Positions 1 through 10,008 of a stretch of 64,000 nt of DNA are shown in pieces. Below the pieces are notes generated by a model that did not search any database, was not told where the DNA came from, and was given only the letters and a program-made list of their open reading frames with translations. Numbering within the stretch: the stretch's first letter is position 1; each line of letters starts with the position of its first letter. This stretch comes from an uncultured Ruficoccus sp. (GTDB lineage: Bacteria > Verrucomicrobiota > Verrucomicrobiia > Opitutales > Cerasicoccaceae), in the NCBI GenBank assembly GCA_965140785.1, contig OZ223514.1, forward strand, positions 128,001 to 192,000, written 5' to 3'. Made by a program: the position numbers and the translations under genes.

Positions 1-827
1 GCAGTAACTTTGGCATCGATCAGATGCTGGCCGCCTACCAGAGCGGAGACGAGTGCTACCACCAAAACGCCACACCCGCCCATGCGGTGGCGAGCTTGGC
101 TGAGGCCTGCGGCTGGGGGCCGAACCGCCTCATCGTGTCTAATGCCTGCGTCTCGGCTCAGCTCGCGCTCATCCAGGCGCAGCGACTGCTGGAGGCGGGG
201 TTGGCCGAGCGGGTGCTGGTTTTCTCCTTCGACTTTCTGAGCGCGTTCGTGGCGGGCGGGTTTTACGCGCTGAAAATCCTCAACACGGATTTTCCCCAGC
301 CCTACACGCGGCGCGAGACCGGGTCGATCGGCCTCGGAGACGGGGCCGCCTTCGCGGTCCTGAGCCGGACGCCGGGACGGTTCCGGGTGGCCGCCTCGGC
401 GGCGCTCTCGGAGAATTTCCACATGACCGCCAACGAGACCTCCGGGGCGGGTTTCCGGGGGGTGCTTGAGCGGATCGCCCCGGCTCTGCCGCCGGGCGGC
501 GTCTGGGTCAAAGGCCATGGCACCGGCACGCTGGAGGCCGGACGGCTGGAGGCCGAGGCCGTGGCCTGGGAACTGCCGGAAAGTCCGCTCGTCTCCTGGA
601 AGGGCTCGCTGGGCCACACGCTGGGCTCCTGCGGACTGGTTGAGCTGGCCGTGGCTCTGGCAGCCATCCGCACCGGTGAGGCGCCGGGCACGGTCGGCGG
701 ACAGGCGCCCTTTTTTACCGACAACGTCCACCGCGGAAACTTTCCCCTCGATCGCTTCGGCGGCGTCATCCTTTTAAGCAGCGCCTTCGGTGGCGCCCAA
801 GCCGCGCACCTCGTCACCTGTGATTAA
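1..827 (+). CDS. Beta-ketoacyl-ACP synthase (FabB/FabF-like), 5'-truncated by window edge
   Basis: Frame open from window start (SNFGIDQML...); catalytic Cys in SNACVS, His in KGHGTGT and GHTLGSCG; C-terminal SSAFGG. Confidence 0.85.
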   Translation, partial: SNFGIDQMLAAYQSGDECYHQNATPAHAVASLAEACGWGPNRLIVSNACVSAQLALIQAQRLLEAGLAERVLVFSFDFLSAFVAGGFYALKILNTDFPQPYTRRETGSIGLGDGAAFAVLSRTPGRFRVAASAALSENFHMTANETSGAGFRGVLERIAPALPPGGVWVKGHGTGTLEAGRLEAEAVAWELPESPLVSWKGSLGHTLGSCGLVELAVALAAIRTGEAPGTVGGQAPFFTDNVHRGNFPLDRFGGVILLSSAFGGAQAAHLVTCD

Positions 828-1482
828 ACGCTCCATCACCCATCTGGCTGTGGCCGACCCGTGCCGGGAACTCGACCCGGAACGGCGCAAGCACCTGCGC
901 AAGCTGTTCAACCCGCTGGCCTCCCGGCGGATGAGCGACCTGTCCCTGCTGATCGGCGAAGTGACCGCCGGGGCTGAGCCGGGCCACCGGGACGAGTGGA
1001 TCTACGCCTCGCGCTTCGGGGGGACTCAGAGCCTGGAGCGTTACTTGAGCAGCTTCCCCACGCCCAGTCCGCTGTATTTTCAGAACTCGATCCACCCCGG
1101 CGCGTTCGACTTGGTCAGTGTGGCCCGGCGGGAGCGTTCGGGCATGCTCACGCCTTTGTGCGCGCTGGACACGCTCGTCGCCGACGCCCTGCTGGCGGCG
1201 CTGCTGGTGCCGACGGACACGGTGGCCCACCTGGTCGGTGGAGACGAGTACGAGCCGTGGTCGTCCGGCCACGGTTGGGGGGCGATCGAGACCTTTGCCT
1301 TTTACCTGCGGCTGGAGGCCGGTTCCCCCGCCGCAGCGCTGGGTGAACTGAGCTTTGATCCCGAAGAGCAGACCGGGGAAACCGTTCCGGACGTAGCCGC
1401 TTTTCATGGCGGACTCTCCGCCCGCCGGGACTGGGAGTTCCATCTGCCCGAGCGGGGAACCTTCCGTGTGGCATGGACGTGA
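820..1482 (+). CDS. Ketosynthase chain-length-factor-like protein (aryl-polyene type)
   Basis: GTG start overlapping KS stop; RRMS and SPLYFQNSIH motifs resemble the SPxxFxxSVHN motif of APE CLF subunits. Confidence 0.65.
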   Translation: MIKRSITHLAVADPCRELDPERRKHLRKLFNPLASRRMSDLSLLIGEVTAGAEPGHRDEWIYASRFGGTQSLERYLSSFPTPSPLYFQNSIHPGAFDLVSVARRERSGMLTPLCALDTLVADALLAALLVPTDTVAHLVGGDEYEPWSSGHGWGAIETFAFYLRLEAGSPAAALGELSFDPEEQTGETVPDVAAFHGGLSARRDWEFHLPERGTFRVAWT

Positions 1483-2369
1483 AAGCCCCCAGGAACCCCG
1501 GTCCCTCGGGCGGCTACTCCTTTATCTCGGCCTGTGACCGCACGCTGCCGCGCTGGCTGTTCGCGTCCATCATGGACACTGGGACGCTGGTGGCGTTCGC
1601 CCTGATGAAGACGCAGCGCCGGTATTCGCGCGAGTACCTGGAGGCGATCCTCAAGCGTCCGGTGAACCGACGGGACAGCTTCAGGCACTTCCGCGCCTTG
1701 GCTGACATGCTCATGCTCAAGCTGCGGGCCGGGCGCGGCGAGCCGGTGCCCATCCAGTGGGCGGATGAGGAAAACCGCCTGTGCGGTAGCCTCATTCACG
1801 GCGAAGAGCCGATCCTGCTGGGGACTTTTCACGTCGGGGCCTCGGACCTGCTCGGCTTCGGGCTGGAGCAGTTTGACCGGCCTATCTGCATGGTGCGCCA
1901 GCGGGTGGGCAATTCCGGGGATATCGACCGGCTGGTGCGGCAAAGCTCCTCTCAGGTCGAGGTCATGTGGGTCAACGCCGAGAACGAGATCATCTTTGGG
2001 CTGAAGGAAGCGCTGGAGGCGGGCAAGACCCTCGCCCTGCAATGCGACCGGCTGGAACACACCTCGAAGACCGCGGCCTTCGACTTTCTGGGGGCGCGGC
2101 GGCAGTTCCCGGTCACCATTTACCGGCTCGCCGCGCTCTACCGGCGCCCGGTCCTCTTCTGCCTGGCCCTGCCCGCCTCCGAAGGGGCGGGCTACCGGGT
2201 GCATACCTGTCGCCCCTTCGTCCCTGCCGGGCGCAGCCGCCGGGAGGACATCCGGGCCGGGCGGGAGCACTTTCAGGGCGTGTTGATTTGGCTGGAGGAA
2301 CACTTGCGCCGTCACCCCTTTCAGTGGTTTAATTTCTTACCCCTGAATCCGCCCGAATCCCCCTCCTGA
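1473..2369 (+). CDS. LpxL/LpxP-family acyltransferase
   Basis: HVGASD (HxGxxD/E), ALQCDR, FLGARRQFP and C-terminal PFQWFNF motifs. Confidence 0.75.
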   Translation: MDVKAPRNPGPSGGYSFISACDRTLPRWLFASIMDTGTLVAFALMKTQRRYSREYLEAILKRPVNRRDSFRHFRALADMLMLKLRAGRGEPVPIQWADEENRLCGSLIHGEEPILLGTFHVGASDLLGFGLEQFDRPICMVRQRVGNSGDIDRLVRQSSSQVEVMWVNAENEIIFGLKEALEAGKTLALQCDRLEHTSKTAAFDFLGARRQFPVTIYRLAALYRRPVLFCLALPASEGAGYRVHTCRPFVPAGRSRREDIRAGREHFQGVLIWLEEHLRRHPFQWFNFLPLNPPESPS

Positions 2370-2376
2370 TCCTCCG

Positions 2377-3159
2377 GTGCCCAACCTTTCTCCAAAAACC
2401 AAATCCGGCGCGTCTTCCCGCTACTGGCGGTATCTCGCGATGGTGATCCTGTTCGGGCTCTGGACCCTCGCGCTGAACCTCCTGTGTGCGATCGTTCTGC
2501 TGCTGGGGCTGGAAAAACGGCGGCCCGGCCGGGTGCGCCGTCTCCTGGCCGACTCCATGGGACGCTACACGCGGCTGCTCGCATGGACCGGGGTGGGGCG
2601 GGTACGCTTTGGTGACCTGCGCGCACGGCTCCCGGAGGGCCCCTGCCTGATCGTGGCCAACCACACCGGGCTGCTCGACGCGCTCTTTCTCATGGTTGAG
2701 CTGCCCCAGATGGTGTGTGTGTTCAAGTCCGACCTGCGGCGTAACCCGTTTTTCCGCTACATGGTCAGGGAGGGGGGCTTCATCGCCAACGACGATGGGT
2801 TGGAGTCCCTTCACGCGATGGAGAAGGCGCTGGACGCGGGCCGCCAGGTGCTGGTCTTTCCCGAGGGGACGCGCACGGTCGATCCGCCGCTGAATCGCTT
2901 CAAGGCCGGGTTCGCCTGGGTGGCCAAAAAGACGCGTGCCCCCGTCTGCGCCGTGCTCATCCGCAACCCGTCCGGCCTGCTGTGCAAGCGCGGCGGGTTC
3001 CTTTACCGCTATCACTTCCCCTTTACCTGCGAGTATCGATTTTTGGATACATTCCGCCCGGGTGAGGACGAGGCGCCCCCCGCCTTCGCCCGGCGGCTGG
3101 AGAACGTTTATCGCGAAGAGCTCGCCAAGGAGGACTTTTCCCAATGGCCGCCCCGATAG
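2377..3159 (+). CDS. PlsC-family lysophospholipid acyltransferase
   Basis: NHTGLLD (NHxxxxD) and FPEGTR motifs; N-terminal hydrophobic helix. Confidence 0.9.
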   Translation: MPNLSPKTKSGASSRYWRYLAMVILFGLWTLALNLLCAIVLLLGLEKRRPGRVRRLLADSMGRYTRLLAWTGVGRVRFGDLRARLPEGPCLIVANHTGLLDALFLMVELPQMVCVFKSDLRRNPFFRYMVREGGFIANDDGLESLHAMEKALDAGRQVLVFPEGTRTVDPPLNRFKAGFAWVAKKTRAPVCAVLIRNPSGLLCKRGGFLYRYHFPFTCEYRFLDTFRPGEDEAPPAFARRLENVYREELAKEDFSQWPPR

Positions 3160-3443
3160 TCGAACACATCACCGTAACCGAGCGCAATGGCTGCTGCGAG
3201 GGGCACTTCCCGGGGCACCCCATCGTCCCGGCGGCGGCGCAGGTGCAGTGGGCGCTGGTCGCACTGGCGCGCGAAACAGGCACGAGCCAGCGCTGGGAGT
3301 TGCGCCAGGGGAAATTCCTGCGCGAGCTGCCGCCGGGGCGAACGGTGGAGCTGCGCCTGAACCCGGAGAAACGCGGCTGGCGCGCACAGGTGATTGACGC
3401 GCAGGGGGCCTATGCGGATATGCTGTGGGTGCCGCATGAATAA
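3144..3443 (+). CDS. Small FabA/FabZ-like hotdog dehydratase (ApeI-like)
   Basis: GHFPGHPIVPA motif, KFLRELPPG; cluster context. Confidence 0.75.
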   Translation: MAAPIVEHITVTERNGCCEGHFPGHPIVPAAAQVQWALVALARETGTSQRWELRQGKFLRELPPGRTVELRLNPEKRGWRAQVIDAQGAYADMLWVPHE

Positions 3444-4212
3444 CGCCACCACCCACGTGCTCGTCCTGCCCTCGTATAATACCGGGCCCATTCTTGAGCG
3501 CACCGTGCGCGAGGCTTTGCGACACTGGCAGCCGCTCTGGCTCTTTATCGACGGCTCGACCGACGGGGCGCACGCGGTCTTTTTGCAAGAGCCGGAAGCG
3601 TGGCCGGGGCTGCGGGTCTTTGTCAGTGACACCAACCGTGGCAAGGGCGCGACTGCGGCCTGGGCGGCGGATGAGGCGGCGCGGGGGGGCTTCACCCACC
3701 TGCTGCTCATGGACGCCGATGGGCAGCACCCCGCCGATTGTGTCCCGGCCCTGATGGAGCTTTCGCAAAAGCAGCCGGAGGCGCTCGTCATGGGGCAGCC
3801 GGACTTCGGCCCGGACGCGCCCTGGGTGCGGCTGGCCGGTCGGCAGCTCAGCATCGGGCTGACGCAGTTCGAGACGCTTTGGGGCGGGCTGGCCGATCCG
3901 CTCTTCGGTATGCGGGTGTATCCGGTCGAGCCGCTGCGGCGCGTGCTGGCGCAGACGAGCTTCGCCCGCCGCTACGACTTCGACCCGGAGGTGGCGGTGC
4001 GGCTGTTCTGGGCCGGGGTGCCGCCGGTGGCCCATCGGGTCCCGGTGCGTTACGTATCCGCCGAGGAGGGCGGAGTGAGCCACTTTCACTATCTGCGTGA
4101 CAACGCCTTTATGGTCTGGCTCCATATCAGACTCCTGCTCGCGTTTTTTCCACGATGCTTTTCCGTCGCCCGACTCAGCCGCCGCTTTCGCCGTCAACGC
4201 GACGGTGCGTGA
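3436..4212 (+). CDS. Glycosyltransferase family 2
   Basis: LPSYN, IDGSTD, NRGKG, MDADGQH motifs; EEGGVSHF tail typical of APE-cluster GT2. Confidence 0.9.
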   Translation: MNNATTHVLVLPSYNTGPILERTVREALRHWQPLWLFIDGSTDGAHAVFLQEPEAWPGLRVFVSDTNRGKGATAAWAADEAARGGFTHLLLMDADGQHPADCVPALMELSQKQPEALVMGQPDFGPDAPWVRLAGRQLSIGLTQFETLWGGLADPLFGMRVYPVEPLRRVLAQTSFARRYDFDPEVAVRLFWAGVPPVAHRVPVRYVSAEEGGVSHFHYLRDNAFMVWLHIRLLLAFFPRCFSVARLSRRFRRQRDGA

Positions 4213-4859
4213 GCTTCCTGTTGCTGGGGGCGGTGCTGCTGGGCGCTTCCGCCCGGGCTGAAAAAACCACCACCGCGCTGGACTCGCCGCCGGTGGATAA
4301 ACAAACCTCCGCCTCGCCAGATTCTTCCGTCCCCGACTCCGCTGCCTCGCTGAAGGCCCTAGCCTGGCCGGACGGCGACCAGGTGGCGCGGGTGTCCTTC
4401 ACCGAGGAGCGGCAATTTCCGTTTCGCCGCTTCCCCAAGCGCTTCAGCGGCACGCTCGATCGCTCGCCCGAGGGCGAGCTGATCCTGGCCTACACGCAGC
4501 CCAACCGCGAGCGCCTGCTCCTGCTGAAGGACGGGATCTACTTCGAGGACAGCGAGGGGCAGCGCCGCAAACTGCCCGCCGAGGCCGGTTATGTGCGCGT
4601 GCTGCGCGACCTGATCGGCGGCGACCAGGAGGCGCTGCGGCAGGACTGGCGAACGGAGCCGCGGCCGGACGGCTTCGCCCTCTACCCGAAATCCCCGCAG
4701 ATGGACCGTGCGCTCAAGCGGGTCGAGGTCACGGTGGACGAGGGCCGGGTGCGCACGGTGCAGGTTTTTCTCAGTGACGGGGTGGAGCGCCGCTACAGTT
4801 TCGGTCCGCTGAGCTGGGTGCCCCCGGCGCAGTTCGGCCAACCCCCGCCGCAGCCATGA
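4209..4859 (+). CDS. LolA-like periplasmic lipid/lipoprotein carrier
   Basis: GTGA overlap with GT2 stop; signal peptide; FTEER...FSG motif; sits just before the MMPL gene as in APE clusters. Confidence 0.6.
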   Translation: MSFLLLGAVLLGASARAEKTTTALDSPPVDKQTSASPDSSVPDSAASLKALAWPDGDQVARVSFTEERQFPFRRFPKRFSGTLDRSPEGELILAYTQPNRERLLLLKDGIYFEDSEGQRRKLPAEAGYVRVLRDLIGGDQEALRQDWRTEPRPDGFALYPKSPQMDRALKRVEVTVDEGRVRTVQVFLSDGVERRYSFGPLSWVPPAQFGQPPPQP

Positions 4860-7186
4860 GCGGGGAAAAAGCCAGTCCCGCCCGCCGCGTGCTGACCGTG
4901 GCCATGGCCGCGCTTGTGCTGCTGGTCCTCCCGGCGCTTTACCTGCTGACGCGTGACTGGCATCGTGCGCTCAACGAGGACATCCGCGCCTCCATCCCCG
5001 AACTGGCCGAGTCGCCCCAGGCGCGAAAAATCCGGCAGGAGCTTCAGGGACAGGCCACCAACAGCGTGCTGCTCAAGGTCACCGTGCCGGGCGCGGAAAC
5101 GGACACCGTCCGCGCAGCCATCCGCGAAGCCGCCGCCGCGCAACCGGTTTGGGGCCAGGTGTTTTTCCCGGGTGACACGGATGCCATGAAAGAGCTGGGC
5201 CGCTTCATCTACGAGCACCGCGAAACACTCTTCGCGCCCGGCTGGCTGCAAGTTCACTGGCAACGCTTTCAGACCACCGGCCAGCCGCCGGCGGATTTTT
5301 CCAGTTGGCTGGCGCGGCAGACGGTGGCTGAGTTGGACGCCTTTCTCAGCCGATCCGAGGCGACCGCCTACAGCGAGCTGATCCCGAAGGACCCCTGGCT
5401 GCTCATCCCGCAGGCGCGTGAGGCCCTGCCCGAGACCACGATGAGCGACAGTGACGCCGTGCTGGCCTGGCTGCCGGCGCAGGTGGATGCCCTCAGCCCT
5501 GCCGGGCAGCAGGAGATCGCCCGCTCGCTCAGTACGCTGGAGGATGCCCTGCGCCAGCGCTGGCCGCAGGCGCGGATCGAGAGTGGCGGGGTTTATGAAA
5601 TCGCCGAGCGGACCGAGGCGCTGACCCGCCGGGTGGTCATGATGATGAATGTCTACATGGGGCTGGCGATCTTTCTGCTGCTGGCGCTGCTCCTGCGGCG
5701 CGTGGCGAACCTCCTGCTGGTGTTGATCCCGCTGGCGGCGGCTGTGCTGTGCTCGACCGCGGCGGGGCTGCTTGTTTTTGGGGAGATCCACGCGCTTGCT
5801 CTGGGGATTGCCAGCGTGGTGTTGGGGCTGGCGGTGGACTACACCGTGCACCTGGTGGCCAACCGTCAGGGAAGCGAGCCGCTGGCCGCCTGGCGGCGTA
5901 TTCGAAAACCACTACTGGCCGGCTGCCTCTCCTCGTGCCTGGGTCTGTTCTTTCTGTGGCTGGCTCCGCTCCCGGCCATCCGGCAGGTCGGGCTGATGGT
6001 GCCCGCCGGGCTGCTCGCCGCGCTGGCGGCGGTGCGCTGGATCCTGCCCTACCTGTTGCCGGGCGGGGACGAGGCTCCGCTGCGCAAGCCGCTTTACCTG
6101 AACCGTAAGCGTCCCGTTGCCCGCGTCTGGTTCTGCCTGCCGCTGGCCCTGTGGCTCGGCGCATCGCTCGTGCTGGCCGTCAGCCTGAGTTTCGACGACG
6201 AGATCGACAGCTATCAGATTCCGGTCGGCGGTGCCATGGAGCGCTATCAGGAACTGCTCAAAGAGTTCGGGCAAGGCCGGGAGGAGATCCAGAGCCGGTG
6301 GTTTACCTTCGCGGACTCGCCGGTGGCGCTGCTCGAAAACCTCAACCAGGTGCGCGCCCAGGGCGTGGAGCTGGCCGGTCCGGCCTCGCTGCTGGGGCGG
6401 GCGCAGGGCAGCGAAGCGTGGGCGGTGTTCAAGCCGCAGCGCGAGGCTTATGGCGCGGCGCTATTGGAGGAGCTTGAGGCGCAGGGTTTCGAGGCGGATG
6501 CCTTTGAGGATTTTACCGAGAGCCTGGAGGAACTGCCGGAGCAGGTTGCTGACCCGGCGGCGGATGCGGCGATCCGCGAACTGGCCGGACGCTTGCAGGG
6601 CCCCCTGCGAGGGGCGCTGATGACGGACGGGACGAACTGGGTCGGCACCTTCGGGGTCAAGGACCGGGTGCGCGTGCCCCCCGCGCTGGAGGAAACCGCC
6701 CATGTGCTGGATGAACGGGTGGAGCTCAATCACGCCCTGGCCGCGTCGCGGCGCGTGGTCCTGCGCAACGCCCTGTGGGGCATCCTTGTTGTGGGGGCTG
6801 TGCTCTGCGGCGTTTTCGGCTGGCGGCAGGGGTTGGCCGTGGCGTTACTGCCGGTGTGGGCGGTCACGCTCGGGCTGGCCGTGACGCTGATGTTGACGAA
6901 TGGCCTCAGCCTGCTGGCCGTGATTGGCGCGGTGCTGGCCTATTGCCTCGGATTGGACTACGGGGCCTTTGCCGTGCATTTTCGCGGGCAGGCGCCGGTC
7001 TCCGTCCGGGTGTCGGCGCTGACGACGGCGAGCGCGTTCGCGGTGCTGGCCTTCAGCCCGATCAAGGCCGTCGGCGACCTGGGGATCGTGGTGGCCGCTT
7101 CGGTTCTGTTTGCCTGGCTGGGGGCCGAACTCCTGGGGTTGCCACGGCGCGGCTCCTCCGCGCAAGATGACGTGAACGATGTCTGA
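4856..7186 (+). CDS. MMPL/RND-family lipid exporter
   Basis: Two hydrophobic multi-TM blocks with GLAVDY and CLGLDYG motifs separated by periplasmic loops. Confidence 0.85.
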   Translation: MSGEKASPARRVLTVAMAALVLLVLPALYLLTRDWHRALNEDIRASIPELAESPQARKIRQELQGQATNSVLLKVTVPGAETDTVRAAIREAAAAQPVWGQVFFPGDTDAMKELGRFIYEHRETLFAPGWLQVHWQRFQTTGQPPADFSSWLARQTVAELDAFLSRSEATAYSELIPKDPWLLIPQAREALPETTMSDSDAVLAWLPAQVDALSPAGQQEIARSLSTLEDALRQRWPQARIESGGVYEIAERTEALTRRVVMMMNVYMGLAIFLLLALLLRRVANLLLVLIPLAAAVLCSTAAGLLVFGEIHALALGIASVVLGLAVDYTVHLVANRQGSEPLAAWRRIRKPLLAGCLSSCLGLFFLWLAPLPAIRQVGLMVPAGLLAALAAVRWILPYLLPGGDEAPLRKPLYLNRKRPVARVWFCLPLALWLGASLVLAVSLSFDDEIDSYQIPVGGAMERYQELLKEFGQGREEIQSRWFTFADSPVALLENLNQVRAQGVELAGPASLLGRAQGSEAWAVFKPQREAYGAALLEELEAQGFEADAFEDFTESLEELPEQVADPAADAAIRELAGRLQGPLRGALMTDGTNWVGTFGVKDRVRVPPALEETAHVLDERVELNHALAASRRVVLRNALWGILVVGAVLCGVFGWRQGLAVALLPVWAVTLGLAVTLMLTNGLSLLAVIGAVLAYCLGLDYGAFAVHFRGQAPVSVRVSALTTASAFAVLAFSPIKAVGDLGIVVAASVLFAWLGAELLGLPRRGSSAQDDVNDV

Positions 7187-7598
7187 GCCTTTCCCATCTG
7201 TCGAGGAGTTGATCCCGCATCGCGGCCCGATGTGCCTGCTGCGGCGTATCCTCGCGCTCGATGAGTCCTCGGTGATGGCGGAGACCGTGATTGAGCCGGG
7301 GGCGGTCATTTTAAACTCCGCCCCAGGGACGCAGGCCTGGTCGATCGAGATTGTTGCTCAGGCTGCTGCGGCGTTCATCGGCTGGCATCACCGCGAGCGC
7401 GGCTGGCGTTCGGGCCGCCTGATCAAGGTCGCCCGCTGGGAGATGCTCTCGGGTTCGTTGCCGCTCGGTGAGCCGTTGAAGGTGTATTCAAAACTGGATA
7501 CGTGGAGCGAAACCGGTGTTTTCCGCTTCGAGGGTAAACTGGAAAGCCCGACCGGCGCGCGGCTCGCCGGCGGGCAATTGACCATCCTCGCCTCATGA
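7179..7598 (+). CDS. Hotdog-fold 3-hydroxyacyl-ACP dehydratase (ApeP-like)
   Basis: ELIPHRGPM and IEIVAQAAAA motifs. Confidence 0.8.
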   Translation: MSEPFPSVEELIPHRGPMCLLRRILALDESSVMAETVIEPGAVILNSAPGTQAWSIEIVAQAAAAFIGWHHRERGWRSGRLIKVARWEMLSGSLPLGEPLKVYSKLDTWSETGVFRFEGKLESPTGARLAGGQLTILAS

Positions 7599-8938
7599 GC
7601 CGCGACCCCGACAACGCGCCCCTGCAAGCGGCCTGGGAGCGGGTCCGCGAGCGTCTGGCGGATCGACCCGCCGTGATGGATGCGGCCACGGGCGGGACGG
7701 TGAATTTTGCCGAGCTGGAACAACTCGCCCGTGCCTGGGAGGAACGCCTGCGCCCCTACGCCTTGCGGCGGCGGGCGGTGACGATGCGCCTGCCCAACGG
7801 CGCGGAGTGGCTGGCGGCTTTTCTCGCCCTGCGCCGGGCGGGGGCAGTTGTTGCCCCTCTCGACCGCGCCGCGCCGTCGGAGGAACTGACCGTGGCCAAC
7901 GCATTGCTGGACACGGTGCTGGAGGTGACCGAGGCGGGTATACGGGCCATGCCGGGCCAGCGCCGCTGGAAGCGTGACCTCGCGCTGGTCAAGTTGACCT
8001 CCGGCTCGACCGGCGCGCCCAAGCCGATCGCCTTTAACGAGTCGGAGCTGTACGCCGACGCGGCCAACATTCTGGCGACGATGGGCTTTGACGGGCGCGA
8101 TACGAATTTCGCGCTCCTGCCCTTCGCGCATTCCTACGCGCTGGGGAATCTGGTGGTGCCACTGCTGGCGCATGGCGTGCCGGTGGCAATCGGCAGCGGA
8201 GCTTTTCCCCACGTGATCGCCGAGGAGGTGGCCCGCAGTGGGGCGACCGTGCTGCCCACCGTTCCGGCGGTGCTGGAGGGATTGGCCCGGGCCGGGGAGA
8301 TTTCCCTCGCCCCCTTGCGGCTGATTATCTCGGCGGCGGCGCCGCTGTCGCCGGATCTGGCTAAACGTTTCTACGCGGCGACGGGGCTGCGCGTGCACAA
8401 TTTTTACGGTTCCAGCGAGACGGGCGGCATCGCCTATGACCGCGACGGCCGGGCCGGGCTGAGTGGCGAATCGGTCGGGACGGCCATGGACGGCGTCCGG
8501 CTGGAAAGAACGCCCGAGGGTCGCCTGCGGGTGATCTCGGCCGCCGTCAGCGGCTACGGGCGTCGCCGGGACAAGGGCCGGGCGGCCATTGTTTTGGCCG
8601 ATCAGGTGAGCTTCCGCGAAGGGGGCGCCCTGGTCATCCATGGCCGGGCGGACCGGATCGTGAAATGCGCGGGCGTGCGGCTCGACTTGACGCGGGTGGA
8701 GCAGGTGGCCGTGAGCGACAAAGAGGTGCGGCAGGCGGCGGCCTTTTATGAGCCCAGGGGCGAACGGGTCTTTCTGGCCTACGCGGGAAACCTCGGGCCG
8801 GAGGCGATGTTACTCGGATTAAAGGCCGCTTTCCCCCGGCTGGGGCGTCGGCTGCACGCCCGCCGCTTGGAGGCCCTGCCGCTCACCGCTCGTGGGAAAA
8901 TCGACCTGCGAGCCCTGCGCCGGGCGCTGGTGGATTGA
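7595..8938 (+). CDS. AMP-binding acyl-CoA/ACP ligase
   Basis: LTSGSTGAPK, FYGSSETGGI, GRADR and LPLTARGKID adenylation motifs. Confidence 0.9.
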   Translation: MSRDPDNAPLQAAWERVRERLADRPAVMDAATGGTVNFAELEQLARAWEERLRPYALRRRAVTMRLPNGAEWLAAFLALRRAGAVVAPLDRAAPSEELTVANALLDTVLEVTEAGIRAMPGQRRWKRDLALVKLTSGSTGAPKPIAFNESELYADAANILATMGFDGRDTNFALLPFAHSYALGNLVVPLLAHGVPVAIGSGAFPHVIAEEVARSGATVLPTVPAVLEGLARAGEISLAPLRLIISAAAPLSPDLAKRFYAATGLRVHNFYGSSETGGIAYDRDGRAGLSGESVGTAMDGVRLERTPEGRLRVISAAVSGYGRRRDKGRAAIVLADQVSFREGGALVIHGRADRIVKCAGVRLDLTRVEQVAVSDKEVRQAAAFYEPRGERVFLAYAGNLGPEAMLLGLKAAFPRLGRRLHARRLEALPLTARGKIDLRALRRALVD

Positions 8939-8954
8939 GGCTTGGTAGCCGAGG

Positions 8955-8991
8955 CCCGGCCCGTCCGCACAGGATAGGCGAACGGGCCGGG
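8955..8991. terminator. GC-rich hairpin between convergent genes
   Basis: CCCGGCCCGT (8955-8964) pairs with ACGGGCCGGG (8982-8991); no U tail. Confidence 0.4.
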
Positions 8992-9049
8992 TGATTGGGC
9001 TATCGCGGTTACGCGTACGGAGAGAATGGGCGGGAGGAGAATCGCGGGG

Positions 9050-9847
9050 TCAGCAGTACCGGCGCCGGAGCAGCGCGAGGGCGAGGGTGCTGATACCACC
9101 AAGAGCCGCCCAGGTGGAGGGCTCCGGCACGAGGTAAAAGGCACCCACTGCGTCGAGGTCGAAGCCCGCGCTGCCGCTCGTGGGGTAGGGGTCGTAAATG
9201 ACGTGCCCGTCGGAATCGTATTCGCTGCCGTCGCCGATCACGTCCACGATCCGGACGTACCCGATGCTGTTCAGGTCGAGAAATTCATACCCGTCCTGAC
9301 CGGCCAGGTCCGACAGGTCAAAGGGGGTGCCGTAGCCGCCCCGGTACTTGCCCGCGAAGCCGTCGATATCGGTCGCGTCCACATTTCCGAAGGCACCCAC
9401 CGGGCCCTCGGTCAGGCTGTGGGTGGCAAAGCGCACGAAGTTCTCCCCGTCGCTGGAGACCTCGACGTAGCCGAGCTCCAGAAAGGTATCGCTAAAGCTG
9501 TTTTCGAAGATGGCAAAGTCGTAGCCGTCCCCGTTGTAGAGGGCGTTATCAAAGGTCAGCGTGATCGATCCTCCCCGCCCGACGCAGACGATGCTGTTGT
9601 CGACGGTGCCGAGCCCGTGGTCCGGTGTCTGATAGGAGGCGGTGACGTTGGTGCCCGGGGAATACTCGTACCCGCTGGCCCAGCCGACGAAGTCCGAGCT
9701 GGTCTTGTTGATGGCCGTGGTATCGACGGAGCCGACCGGACCGGCGTAAATACCGGCACTCAGCGTGGAGGCGGTGGCTAGTAGAATACCAAAGGCTGCG
9801 CCTGTGCGCAGTTGCGGGAAGTTCAGGTGATGTCTTTCTAATGGCAT
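9050..9847 (-). CDS. PEP-CTERM surface protein ('cell surface protein' type domain)
   Basis: Signal peptide; [22 protein letters not shown] motifs; C-terminal VPEPST + TM helix + RRR. Confidence 0.85.
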   Translation of the reverse strand: MPLERHHLNFPQLRTGAAFGILLATASTLSAGIYAGPVGSVDTTAINKTSSDFVGWASGYEYSPGTNVTASYQTPDHGLGTVDNSIVCVGRGGSITLTFDNALYNGDGYDFAIFENSFSDTFLELGYVEVSSDGENFVRFATHSLTEGPVGAFGNVDATDIDGFAGKYRGGYGTPFDLSDLAGQDGYEFLDLNSIGYVRIVDVIGDGSEYDSDGHVIYDPYPTSGSAGFDLDAVGAFYLVPEPSTWAALGGISTLALALLRRRYC

Positions 9848-10008
9848 AGTTGTGTCAACTATCCATGCGCGACGGCGAGGGTGTTTGTCCAGCTTTTTAT
9901 TGGCATATTTATGCCATTAATAAGGCAAATTAAAATTGGAAGCGTGCCCGGTGGGGGCGGATCGCCTTTTGACTTGCCCCGAAGGCGCGGCCCGGCAGGG
10001 TAAAACGG

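Noticed and set aside
9901..9916. Sigma-54 promoter for the PEP-CTERM gene (TGGCA...TGC)
   Set aside because: Spacing is GG-N9-GC on both strands, not the required GG-N10-GC
9920..10008. ZMP/ZTP (pfl) riboswitch upstream of purH
   Set aside because: Conserved GACUGGCG...GUGG...CCAC and GCCUGGGC elements are not present
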